A stretch of DNA of 64,000 nt from the human T2T-CHM13v2.0 reference genome, Homo sapiens, in the NCBI RefSeq assembly GCF_009914755.1, contig NC_060946.1; one strand, 5' to 3'. Shown in pieces: positions 44,712 to 57,574 of the stretch; the first letter of the stretch is position 1, and every line of letters begins with the position of its first letter. A program made the translations under genes and the position numbers. The notes under the pieces are model-generated. The model worked only from the letters and a program-made list of their open reading frames with translations, was not told the DNA's origin and did not search any database.

Positions 44712-45789
44712 CTACAGTATGTACATATGTAAGGCATGTCTGTGTATGTATATGTGTGCTGAACAATGGTTGGGAGGGAAATACAACAGAATATTATTTC
44801 TGGATTGCGGCATGTAGGTGAATTTTCCTTTTTTTGTGTATTTTATACTTAACCCATATTTTTTATTTACTACTGAAATTATATCTTAAATATCTGTCTT
44901 TATATTTTATTCTTAAATTGCGTATAATTTACACTTTCCTGTGCCTTCATTAAACACGTGGTATATTTATAATCAGGGAAAAACTATTTTTAAAGACTCA
45001 TTATAGGAAGATAGACAAATAGAGACAAATGGCATGCTTTCTTTCAGTCATTGGGGATGGATGATACACGTAGCAGAAGTATTCGTTAGACCAACAAATA
45101 GGAATAGTAAGTCAATATTGTTCTTTCTTTAATAAAAGATTTATATGTTGGTAGCTTATTAATCCAATACTATGTGAGTTTTCTAACCAAACACATATAC
45201 TTGTACGCCAGGGCAGAAAAATCTCAATTAAGATTTTGTGTGGACTCGGGAAGTGTTTTTGTTCCCTAAACAATAGCCTTAAGAAGGGTGGAAAAAGGTC
45301 CGTCTTCTTCTTGGATCCTTGGTTGGGTGACAACCCTCCGGTGGTGAGACATGGTGCCTGATTTTCAGTTGGGGCTTTCTGCTTCCCCTGTTTGGTTTTC
45401 TAGGGACAATTTAAAAGATTCTGCAAGTTAATTACTGGAGAAGTCCGTAGATCCTGGATTCATAGTATCAGATTAATAAATTGTGGTCTTTGAGTGGGAA
45501 TCCTAGTGGTTTATTTAGACTCATCAGTTGTCTTATTCTTTTTTTTAAAAAGAAAGAAAACATTTATTTTCGTAAGCTTGTATTGCCCTTAAAATATTTC
45601 TCTGCACTCTTAGGTCACCTGCCTATTCACGCCAGGAGCGCATCGCTTGCGTTAAGAGACTAGAAGTTTCTTTCTTAACCATAATGTGCCAGGATTTTGT
45701 TATACGGAAAAATCTGTCCGTGTTTCCAACTAATATTTCCTAGCCTTCAGGCAAGTGCGACTTGCTTCACTGTAAAATGGATTCCCAGG

Positions 45790-46810
45790 ACCTGCCGTAT
45801 CGGGACGGGCAGAATTCTTTAAAATGCAGTGCCCCGGGCAACCCCATCACTTCCCGGCTGGCTCCGGGCGGTCCCGGGCTGCCCGCCGGCCGCAGAGCCC
45901 CCTCTCCCGGGCCCGCCCGGCCGGAGCCTCAGTTTCCCCGGCAGAGCGGGGCGGAGGCGAGGCTGGGGACGCTCGGGCGGCGGGGAAGGGGCCGACTCGG
46001 CCAGGCGCGCCCGGCTGGGAGGTCCCGCGGGCCCTGGAGCCTCCCGCAGCCCGCCTGGGCCTCCGGGGCGCGACCCCCTAATCCGCTTTAGTCAATATCT
46101 TATGAGCTCCGCTTGGGCAAAGTAAACAGGCGCCGAACAAAGCGGCGGCCGCAGCCCGCGACTCCTGACCCCGGGGTCGCGCCCTTTGTTCGCCCTCAAT
46201 GGGGCAGCCCCGCCGCCCGGCCTGCGGCTAATTGGGGCGCGTGCCGCCGCCTCTGCCCGGACCGCACCCTGGACTCTGCCTGGGACGCGCCCTCGGACGC
46301 AGGCCCCGGACCCGCCCGCCAACTCCGACCCGACCCCGGCCTGGGACCCCGGCTCGAACCCTCGTCCCTGCCCAGGCGGACCCCGGCCCCGGCCCGGACC
46401 CTCTGCAGCGGCTCCGGGCCCAAGCTCCGACTCCAGGCCTCGGTTCGAACCCTGGGGACCCGCCCCGCCCCGCTGCAGACCGGCCTCCCCGCCCGCCGCG
46501 GACCCCGAGCCTCAGGCCTGGTGCCGGACTCGGCCCTGCCTCGCGTGCCCGCCCTGGGGCTGCCTGGAGGAGGCGCACCGAGGCCTCCCTGCCTTCAGAG
46601 CCGCTGCGGGCCTGGGCCCTGTGTCCCCCCAGGTCCGCAGCTGGCCGGCTGAAACTGGCCCGCACCTCCCGCCCCGGGGCCGGGTGCTCCTGGTCCGCGC
46701 AAGGTCCCCACGCACTCCCGCGGCCACGTGGGTGCCTGTCCCCTGGAGCGGGGTTGGGGGAGGCCGCAGAGACACTGCTCCCGGGGTCCCTGTGCAGGCC
46801 CCGTAAGGAT
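45790..46810. promoter_or_regulatory. CpG island 5
   Basis: High CpG density; embedded FOX/SOX/homeobox motifs at 46079-46234. Confidence 0.9.
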
Positions 46811-49800
46811 TTCAGACAGCCGGGATGCAGAGGAGACGTGTATTAGTTCTTGTTTTTCTTTTTCTGCTCTTTATTTCTGCTTGGAAGCCTGTCACACGGG
46901 AAAGAAAAGACGCTCCATCTATGCGAACCCCACTCCCCTGGTGAGGGAAGCCGGAACCCTTCAGACCCTCTGCACGTGGGCTCCCTCCCCGACAACCTCT
47001 TTTTCCTCCACATCACAACCTTTCCAGCACCTGGGAACGGTTCTAGGCCAGAGGAGGATGCTGAGGCCATGAATGCATCCGTTGACACGAAATTCAGGCC
47101 TTGACCATTTCACGTCTTTCTGTTCTTCGTTTTTTCCTCAAATGTTGGACAAGGTTATAATGTTTATCCCAAGAAGCTTTTGAGACTTAGCACTTGTAAT
47201 TTTCGTAAGGGTTCTGTTTGATTTTTAAAAAGGTACTTTCTTTTGTAATTAGGTGCAAAAAGGAAAGCACAGAAAGGACTCTTCTTGAAAGCCTTTGCCT
47301 CCAAAGATGAGCAGAATGGCTTCCAGTTCCTGGCACCGCCAGGCAAGGCCCTCTACCTGATTCTCACTTATTTCAGTTTTGTTCACCAGCTGTAAATACT
47401 GCTAGGCTTTGCCAGGAAGACTTTTTTTTTTTTATGTTGAGTTTGTTTTTGAGCTTGTTGATTGCACGGTGGAATATTCTAACGTGGAATTTGGCTTTGG
47501 GAAGACTTGGTGTTCAGGAGTTGTCGGATATGCCCTGCTGTTGTGAGGATGGAGCTGGGTAGGGGTCCTGCCGTGGGCCATGAGTGGGGGTAGGCAGGTG
47601 TGGCCGTCACCTTCTGGGTGTGCGGTGCAGATCTCCACCTGGGAAGGAAAGCCCTTGGGAGACATGCCTTGTGATTCTTGCCTTTCATAGAATGACTGCC
47701 AAATAGCCCGGTGCCTCTTTACTCGCCTGCCTCGTTCCTGTGCATCCCTCCTGAGGTCACCACTTCTATGTAGCCTTTCTCCTTTCTGAGGAGCAATAAT
47801 CCAATCTGATCAGTGTAAGTTTGCCTCCGTGTAATGCTGATGCCCAGGCTGGGGACCCCCGCCACCCCTCTCTCAGCAGTGCTTGCAGACATGAGATGGT
47901 GAGGGTTCTCAAAGGCTGTCCTCAACACTGATCGGCCTTTGATATTGAGACCATGGGGCAGCTGCCTGCCAGGTTCACAGAGGGCTGTAAGCAGGGATGA
48001 GGCTTAGGTGGGGCTTGGAACCACCCCGGGTGCCTGGCCAGGGAGGCTCTGGTTGCAGGGACTGGCAGCCCGGCAGACGAGGACAGAGGACGGGGTTATT
48101 GTGCTCTTTCAGCTCAGGCAAAGCAGCTTTGTGACAAGGACTCTCGTGGGGCGATTGTGTCTGTGATTTTATACCCAAGGTCTATTTGCCCCAGTCTAAT
48201 TCTAGGGGCTGATCAGGATGCACCTGGCAGGGAAAGTGGGCACCTCGGACGATGGAAGCCACTGCAGGGAAGATGGGGGGAGAGCTCCCAAAGCCAGACC
48301 GGCGTAAGGCATTTCTGGGACCTAAATTTCAATGGGGCTCTGTTTTGCCTGGAAACTGTTCATAAAATAAAATAAGCCTATGTGTGTATGAGTATGAAGG
48401 GATGGATGGTGATGTTTTCCTTAAAAAAACAAAAATAACAAAGTGCATGTGTGTACACAGCAGTCGGGGTCCCAAGTCTGTGTGGTATCAGGCCTAGTCA
48501 CGGCACCACTCACCTGGGCCTCAGTTTCCCCAGTCTTTAAAGAGCTAAGAGAGTTCTCGTTCTGTCTGCTGCACGGGCCAGGAGAGTCACGTGAGGCGAG
48601 GTGAGAACACGTTGTGTAAATGATGAAGTGTTTGCTCTGCACACGTGAGGTGCTGTCTTTACTACCTTAGGGAAAAACCCTCTACTCTGAGGCCGTTGTT
48701 TTAGGATTCAAATGGTTAGTGATTGACATGGTGCCGGGCACTTACTAAGTGATCAGGATGATTTTGTTGACTTGAACCGTGGTGTCAAAATCCTCTGCAT
48801 TGGCTGTAAGAAAGAGGTGGGCTGAGCACGGTGAGAAATGGAGTCGAAACAGAGAGCATCCCAGGCCTCTGAAGGCCTTCGAACATGACAACGAGTTGGC
48901 CCCCACTTTGGGGGATTGGAGTGGACGGTTTGGAGATCCCCCTGGGACATACGCCTGAGAGCCCTAAGTGTTTGTCCCGGGGTCCAAGCCTGTCGTCTGC
49001 AGCCCTTCATTGCCCTGCCTAGCTTGGACTGCGTAAGCGTCTGCTGGGCCCAAACCCCAGCCCGGTCCACACACTTGGGCCATCTCTCCTGGGGGACCGG
49101 ATTGTGCGGCCTCCAGAGCTGCCTGGCAGAGGGCACACCTTCTCGGCGCCCTGGTGCCGCACCGCGCCGCGCTCCCAACACCGGCTTGCTTATGCTTTGT
49201 CCTGATGATGATGAATGAGGTCAGCCTGGCTTACCATTCACAAAATAATTCTTTATTGCAGAGAAAGCTTTTCTCTATCTGAGATCTGCCCTTGTTATCT
49301 ACAGCAGTTATGCTTTCCCTGGCTTTTGGTGTTTGCCTACGTGTAATGAAGTAGGGAGTAACCCAGGGAGAACGCAGGTAGGGCCTGCTCCTTCCTCTGG
49401 GCTAGGGGCGTTCCACCAGGCCCTCAATCAGCCCCCAGGCCATAAAGGCAACAAAACATTTATCGCTACACACAAACCTACATATACACACTTATGCACA
49501 CGTATACATATGCGTACACACACACACGTATCCCAGGATGCTATCCTCGTGGAGCTAACATTTGATATTCTAAGTATTAAAGTTTGAGGCACCAACAGGC
49601 TGTCTTAAAAGGCTCATTCAGCCTGTCTGCCTTGGAGCTATTTTATTTATAATTCTTCTTGTCACGTCAAAGAACTCTGTGTTTCTTGCAGACTGTGTTC
49701 GGGTGGTTGAGTGTTTGGTTTTTGGCTACAGCCGGTTACTTTTTCCGAATCTGTAGGTCCAGGTGTGCGTTGACAAGGTTTTTCCCAACTCGAGAAGTTT

Positions 49801-52800
49801 CTCAGGGAGCCTTGGAGTCCTTCTATAAATTTCTGGCATTCTACGTGTGAGAGACTTCCAGTTTTGGAGAAGTCGGGAGAGTGAGGGAAGGAGCGTGCGG
49901 TTCTGAGTCCGCTGCCTCCTCTCAGACAGAAAGTCAACGGGCAGCATCTTGCAGTATATTTAGAATGCAGACTTGAAAAACTGACGGATAAGATATTATT
50001 AGCAAAGGTACAAACCTTTGATGATATTCAAAAACCCCTGCCTCTGTGCATCATTGAAAACCAAGCGAAAAAGGAGTGAAAATAGTGAAAATACCTATCC
50101 ACGTCTCTGATTACTTTGAAATCGATTTTAAAAATATGTTTATCATGTAAATATTATGTAGACTTTCATTTTCAAGGTCAGTGTCCCTTCTTGTCTGGTT
50201 GCTTACAGTACCACTTTTTTGGGGAGTTAAAAAAATGAACTTCATGTTCTTTTGAAATTAGGAATTATACCAAAAGTTGCCTATAAAATAGCAAGAAACA
50301 AAAAAGCATCGGTTTTCTTCTTTAGCATTTTTTGGACAGCAACTAAATATTGTCTTGTAGTGATAAGTTCAGTTCAAACACTTCTTGTATTTCTGTAGAA
50401 AGGGTGCCTATGAAAAATCTGACCTTAACCTTGAAGTTAACCAGGTCTAAAAGCTAGGATACTGGGACATAGTCAGGAAAATGAAACTGGTTTTATATAT
50501 AAATTAGTCACCTGTGTTGTGTGAAGTCACATTTGATTTTTTAAAAATAAAATGGGAGTCTCTCAATAAATAAGACCAGTGTGGTCAAATGCCAAACAAC
50601 TTGTAATTGACAATCCCCCAAAACCAAATCCCAATTTCAGTATGAGTTCCATTTGTGGGCAGCTTAAGTTTGTTGTAGTAATTTTAAAGAAGTAATCTGT
50701 GAAATCTTGATTTTAGTAAAAAGTTCCTGCAGTCCCTTGCAACTTAACAACAAACCATTTGAGTTCAAAATCAGTTTTTTCTCCTTTCTTTTTTTTATTT
50801 ATTCTAGAGGAATTTACCTAGCCCGCTGAAGACCTGTACAATAAAATATTATAAGTAGCACATAAACTTTTTAGAAAAATGTTAATTTCCCCATTTCTGA
50901 TTATTCCATTTAAGAAATTGTAGAAGTGATTGACTAAAATTAATTCAGCACCCACTTCTGGAATGGTAATTTTTGTTTTTTAAAAATTTAGTTTGGTGCC
51001 CTTTCTCATTCCTCATTTAAAGTCAGAAATCTAGCTTTGGCATTTGATAGATGCATATATAACCAGAGATATTGGCCCGTCATCCTTAATACATATTTTC
51101 AGATTTGTGTTGTTACTACTTTGGAATGGAAAACATTAATCGTAATTCCTCATTCCTAAGGGGAAATTTTTCATACTAGCATGTTGTTTATTAATATTAT
51201 GTACAATATATTCATATATGATTGAACACACGCCTGTCGTAGACTTCTAGTTGTTTTATGCGCTCCTTTTGATTGAAAAGTAATAATTAACCCCTTAAGA
51301 ATGCTTTCGGGGTTGTTAGACTTCTTTTTGAGATACATACGCAGGCACCGCAACATGAAACATGAATGTGTAGACTTCCAAAGCATGTTAAAGGTGACAA
51401 AGCGCTGCTTACACAGGTTTAGAACCAGACATGTGATTGCACGCGTGTGGAGCTGGCACCATGAAAGCACGATGTGCATCACTCATAGAGGCAGGCACAC
51501 TTAAGTATGTTCTTTACATTGAAACAGAAAGGAAAGAAGATAGGAAAAATGGTGCCAGCACGCTGGGCTTTTTTTGTTTGCTGTTTTGGGTGGGGTGTGC
51601 TAGTGCAGTGTCCGGTGTACGCTTTTGTCCTCAAACAGGCTTGTTCCCCGGTCAGAGTTTCATTATTGTTGCTGGTAAACAAATGCCAAGTTTGACAAAA
51701 AACAGTGAAATAAAGCAAAAGATTTTGAAAAATGCTTCATCATGTCAGAAGGAAAGAACCCTTTTCACGGGTGCCTGCCCACATTTCCTTGCCCAGCCTG
51801 AGACCCTATTGACTTTGAATTATCTTTTGCTGTTTTATTTCTATGAAAATTATAAACGCGTATGTTCGTCCAAGGTGGATTGATGCTTAGAGGTTGCGTA
51901 TAAATAACTGAGAGTGAAAATAAACCCATCATGCGGTAGGAGCGTATGTTGTCATGAAACAGGCCTATGAAAATGGACTCTCAAACCTGCAAACTACTTT
52001 GAAACAAAGGCAAAAGAAAAAAAATCATAAGCCTGGTTTGCCTTTATCCAGAGTCCCCAAAGCTGCTGAGCAGCTCCTCAAAAGGCACATTGTCTAGGAT
52101 GATCGAAGTGGCATCTTATCCAGGAGCCACCGAAAACTTGCAATCTCAAGTTTATTGGGCTGGCTTTAAAAACATCATTATTCTTGGATGTGCAACTGAA
52201 TGTTCAGAACCCAAGTGAAAATGTAATTTTTCACTCACTCGCCGTCCTTGCTTTAATTAGATTAAATGCATCTGTTTCCTAAGTCCTCATAATGCCTTGG
52301 ATACTGAGAAATTTAAAATGTCGACCCGTTGAGAAAAAAGAAACGAAACCGAAGCACCCCCCTCAGCCTTCTGAGGCTGGACTGTGGGCCAGGGGCTGGC
52401 GGAGAAAGCAAGGCAGCAGGAAATTGCCGGCTCCATTCCCATTAGGCGGATCTGGGGAGAAATCAGGAAAAAAATAACTGTATAAGGCTGACACTGTAAA
52501 CATCCTAGTACAGCAGCAGCCTTCCTAGACCTTATTTTCAAACATCTGACCTCAGGCATGGCTGTGGCCCACAGGCGAAAACCAAGTTTTTCTTCCTGGA
52601 AACTTATCCATCACAGTGCTCATCAACAATGTAAATTTTCCGGGTTTTCTTGTTGATAATTTGAGCATACTGTAAAAAATATTATTATTTACTTTGAATA
52701 ATATGATAGCAAATAGACAGAAACAATCTAACCTGAATAATATCCAGTGGAATTACCTGAGTGCTCTTATTTTTGCTGAATAAAGCGGCATTTGATTTCT

Positions 52801-54429
52801 GAATTTGCAACCAAATTATATGTAAATCCTTGCCAAGTACAGGGGAAATTTTTTTAAAAAGAGTGTGTGTTCTTGAATATTGTTCTGACTTATCTGATTT
52901 CCTGCTTTACCAAATAAAAATTGGAAGTGGGAAAAAGGCATTAAATTAACTTATTACAGTGAGAGCAAGAAAAAAAAATCATTTAATAAAAAGAAGGTTA
53001 GCAAGCCAGTATGATTATACAATGATTTCAGGTGAAAATTACAAAGCTAATATCCTGGCATTTAGTCACTGCGTTCAGTAATGATACAGTTGTCAAATTT
53101 GTATTTGTGCCAATGGAACAAAACTTGTAAGTGGCATAATAGAAGATAATCTCTTTTTCTTTGTGGCTTTTTAAATTCAATGTTTTAATCCATTTAATCA
53201 CAAAACATATATCACATTAGTTATAATATTTATAGTGTTTAGGAACGTGATTATAAATACAGTGTGGTTGTTGGGTGTAGCCTTTTTTTTTCCTTTTTTC
53301 GCTTGAACGTGTATCTCCGAGGTATGCATCATTTCTAGAGATTGCCCTTGAGAACAGTTTTATTGAGAATAGTAACCATATATTTATGTTCAGAATCCCC
53401 ATTTGGTCGTTACCGGCTGTGTTCATTATTTTGGAAAAACAAGATTCCATATTAAAAGGCCTGGTGCTTATGATGTTTAGATCTCTGCATTCATCTCAGT
53501 TTCTAAAGCATTTTTGTTCTTCTGGAGTCCCTAAACTTGCTAAACCACAAAATATCTGTAGTATGTTTTTTAAAGTAGTTGAACCATACAGCAACGATGG
53601 GGTACAGGAGGAGTTTATAGAGCAGTTAGCGGTTGAGTTCTGCCTTAGTGTGGCTGGGTTAGGAGGGGCTACAGGGGCATATGTGGGACTTTGGGCACTG
53701 CTGGGCACAGACTCATCCTGTGGGAATGTGTGCTCTCACCCCACACTTCCTATTTGGGGCTGAAAATTTTAATAGTGAAGAAAGAAAATGATAAAGCACT
53801 GTGCTAGACAGGATTGATTTCCCCTGCTGTATTGCTAGAAGGTAGACACGGCATGTCTGCGTCTCAGGCTGCCGAGAGAGCCGTGCCCTTTTCTGGGGAA
53901 GCACAGAGCTCCTGAGCTTCCAGCTCTGGGCCCCACAGCCCTTGGAGCTGGGGGGTGAGGGGGAGACACAGGACCTTCCTCAGGAAAAGAGGGCACCCCA
54001 CTCGATAGTGAAGCCACCAGGCAGCTATGGAAAGTGAAAGTTGGTCCGGATTCCAATGAAAAGATTAATTGGAAAACATTTCTACTCCATTTTCTAAAAC
54101 TGAGTTTTCCCATAGAAAAAAAAATAATAAAGCTATCCCTAAAGTTCTTTCAGCTTCTAAAAAGAAGATGCTGTAGTAAGATTCCAGTCCCCACCGCCCC
54201 AACTCCCAGGAAAGCAATTGGGAAGGTTTCTTAACATACCCTGAGTTCTTCCTTCCCTCCCCCCAAATTCCGTGTGTCATGGGGTGGAGGCAGTGGTGTG
54301 TTTATCAGGGTGGCTGGCACAATTCACAGCCACAATCATGGGGGTCTAGCGAGCTGTGGAAGGCAGCTCAGTGGGCAGCGAGGCCCTGGCAGAGTTGCCC
54401 GGCTGCCCCAGCCCAGCGTTGCCCTCCTG

Positions 54430-54580
54430 GGCAGTCTAATCCAATGTGAAATGAAGTTTCCTGGGAAGCAGGGCACACGAGGAACTTTTGAATTTACCAA
54501 TGGCATAAAAAGTATATATATTTTTATGACAACGGGCAAGTTTCAATTGGTTGGCAGAAATGGCGAGATGTGACGTCAAG
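54430..54580. promoter_or_regulatory. Promoter motif cluster (CCAAT x3, TATA-like, YY1, CRE)
   Basis: CCAAT at ~54441 and ~54497, ATTGG 54546, AAATGGCG 54558, TGACGTCA 54571. Confidence 0.65.
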
Positions 54581-54599
54581 GGACACTGGTTAGAATGCC

Positions 54600-57230
54600 A
54601 AGGCCGGCGGCGGGGGGTTGGGGGGAGACAGGCACAGACAGACATTGGGTTGGGACCCGGGAGGCCTTGTTTCTCTCGGGCCCTGGCCGCCAAAGGGCCG
54701 TCGCAGGCGTCTGGGGACATCAGCTCCATGCGGCTCTGGGCCAGGGCATGCTCGGGCAGGGGGACGGGGTCTGCGAATAGTGACTCTCTGTCCGCGTGCG
54801 TCCCCGAGAGCCGGAGGCCCAGGCCGGCCCCTCTGCGGTTTGGGAACCACTCAGGCGCCTCTGTGGAGCGGGCGGGAAAAGACGCCGCGGCCTCCTTGGC
54901 ATTCTAACCCGTGTCCGGACCCTAGAGGCCGGCCGGTCTCAACCACCGGGAGGGCCTGGGAGGGAACCGTGTGGCCCGGGGCCAGCAGTGTCGCCATCGG
55001 GCTCCGAGAGAGCAAAGCTGTGGCCTTGAACTTCTCCCCGAAGCTCCTGTGCCCTGAGTCGGGGAAGCAGGAAGTTGTTGCCACCGGGAAGGAAGAGAGC
55101 GCGCTCGGAGCTGGGCAGCGGCTCCAGGCACCGCGCCCCTGCCCATCCCACGCCTCCCCGGGCACCGTGAACCACCCCCCAACCCAACTCCTCCAGGCAC
55201 CTTGCGCGCCCCTCTTACATCTCCCGGCACTGTGCGCTGACCCCTGCCTCCGCCGGCCGGCTCCCGTGTGCCGAGTCCGGACTCCCACCCCTCTGGGCAC
55301 CCCTTGCTCCGCGGGGCCGGCGGTGTCCTGGAAGCCGCCGCGGGGTTGCCCGTGCGCGCGCTCCGCCCTGGGGGAAGCCCGCTGCCACCGTCGGCCCCGA
55401 GCGCTGTCCCGGGGCCGCGTCGAGAGCTCCGCAGCGCACACTGTTCCCCGCGGGGACGAGCCTGGAGAGCCTGACCGCTGTCCGCGGCGCGCTCGGGGCT
55501 GCGGGCACCAGGTTGCGGGGACTGCAGGGACCGTCGGTCAGCCAGGGGTCCCAGAGCCGGGCCCGAGCGTGCGCGCGCGTCCCGCTGCCCGCAATCATGG
55601 CAGCCGGCGCCTTGGAGCGCAGCCGCCGAGCGCGCCCCAGCAGCCGCCTCGGTGCCAGGGCGGCGGGGGCGGGCCGGGCCGGGAGCTCGCGCCCGCCCGC
55701 CCGCCTCGGCCGCGCGGGCCCCGGGGCGCGAAACGGAAGGCCGCTGGGTCTCCGCGACGCGGTGCCCTTGCCCGGGGCGGGCGGCGGGAGGGGCCGCGGG
55801 GCGGGGGCGCGCTGGAGGGGAGCGCCCGGGGCGGCGTGCCCGCGGGGACGCGCACGCGGGGCTGCGGGGCGAGGCGCGGGGCCCGGGCGGCGAATCCGCT
55901 GCTCGCACCGCCCGCCCCGCCCGCGCGCGCCGTCCCGGGGTGGGGGGCGGTGGAAGGGGGAACCCAGGAGGGGCGGCGCCCGGTCTTCACCCGCAGCGGG
56001 CACGGCGGGGGCCGCGGGGGGCCTCGTTGGTATTCCGGGCGCGGTTGCATCCGCGACCTCCCCGCAGAACAGGGGTGCCCGGGCGCGCGGGCACCGCCGC
56101 CGCTCTCGGGCGGTCTCCGCGGGCTGCGGGGCCCGCAGGCGCCTTGCTTTCCCCGTCCCCTCCTCCCTGGGTTCCCCGTACTCCCTCCCCCGCTCCGATC
56201 CGGCGGCGAAGGGGTGGGCAGGGAAACGCGCTCTCTGGGACAGGTGCCAACTCCGAGACAAAAGACATAAAATAGGCGGCAACGGGGGAAGCGCGGCCGG
56301 CGCGCTCGGGCGGGGACGGCGGCGCCGCGGGGGCCGCATCCTCGGTGCCGACCCGGGAAAGTTTGGGAAGTCGCCGCAGCGGCTTCGCAGCGGCGGGGGA
56401 CGCGCGGCCCGGGTCGCCCTCCGCGCCGCGCTCGCCCTCTCCGCGCCGCTGCTGAATAATTCATGGCGCGGCCGCCGGCCATTAGCATGCACCGGGCGCG
56501 CGGCGCGTCTGTGCCAAGCCGCCGCCGCATTCGGCGCCCGGGCAGCGCCAGACGAGCGGCCGCGCGGCGGCCGGGCCCACGCTGTCCCCGCGCCCGCCCG
56601 TCCGGCGGCGCCCATTGTGCCCCGGCCCGCCCCGCCGGGCTGTCCCCAAGCCCGCCTGCAACCCACCGCCCGCCCGACGGCCCGGCCCTGCAAGTCCTGG
56701 CTCGCGACGCCCGCCCCGGAATGCACGTGAACTTGGAGAAAGTCGCGGGGCGCGCCGGCCGGGCTCTCCGCGGCAGGGCGTGGGCGTCCCGGGGCCGGCG
56801 CGCTTTCGTTTTCGTCTGGGACAAAGGTCCCTTGCGGCGCGCGGACGCCGTGACCGGGTCCTGCGGGCCACTCTGTGGCGCAGTCGGGTCGCTAAGCGCA
56901 GGGAAGCCGGAGCCCGAAGGCAAGGAGAGACGCGGCGCGGGGCCGGGGAAGTGGGGCCTGGGCCGTGCGCTTCGCCCGCGGCAGTCCAGAGCCGTCCCAC
57001 CCTGCGAAGAGTTGCGGGAACTGGCACCGCTCTGCCGTCCGCCGCTTCGACGCGGGAAGAGGGTGAGCGTTTGGAACCCAGGACTCAGACCGCTAGCTGA
57101 GGGCCTGTGCAGCTCTGGGCACGCGAGCGCGGCGCCGGCGGCGGCCAGGCACGGTCCTCCCGCAAGGGCAGGGCTGTCGACCTGTGCGCCCCAGGTCACG
57201 ATCGGGTTCACGGCGACTCCTGAGGACGGT
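54600..57230. promoter_or_regulatory. CpG island 6 (~2.6 kb), candidate upstream promoter of let-7a-3/let-7b host transcripts
   Basis: Extreme GC/CpG content; consensus donor ACG|GTAAGT at 57229 on its 3' edge. Confidence 0.9.
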
Positions 57231-57542
57231 AAGTGCATTTCTCACTTTCGCTGCTTAGTGAGTATTTAAATATTAATGAAGGGATCTCTAAGAGGGACCC
57301 TTCCGTAGGGCAGGCCTTCCACAGACCAGGGAACGCACCGAGGAGGTTGCTCTTGAACCTGAAGCCGCACCAGCTTGCAAGAACTCCACTCGGCATTAAT
57401 CTGGATCTTGGAATTTGTGAAGCACAGCTTCTAATCTCAGGTGTGCAGGCTATTTGCCAGAGAGAATCTTGTTGAACACATAAAATAAGCGTTAGCAGAC
57501 ATCTTAAACACAATGGGAAGAAAAGAAAAAACATCTGTTTTT

Positions 57543-57545
<3 letters not shown>

Positions 57546-57574
<29 letters not shown>
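57546..57574. repeat. T29 homopolymer not attached to an Alu
   Basis: Direct read. Confidence 0.95.

Noticed and set aside
49203-49285. Possible C/D box snoRNA (ATGATGA ... CTGA, ~75 nt apart)
   Set aside because: No terminal stem or recognisable guide; the C box sits in a (TGA)n run
54618-57269. Long ORFs (550, 547, 503, 405 and 328 aa) in several frames on both strands
   Set aside because: Arg/Gly/Pro/Ala-rich shadow ORFs caused by stop-codon scarcity in an extremely GC-rich island; no domain, mostly non-ATG starts
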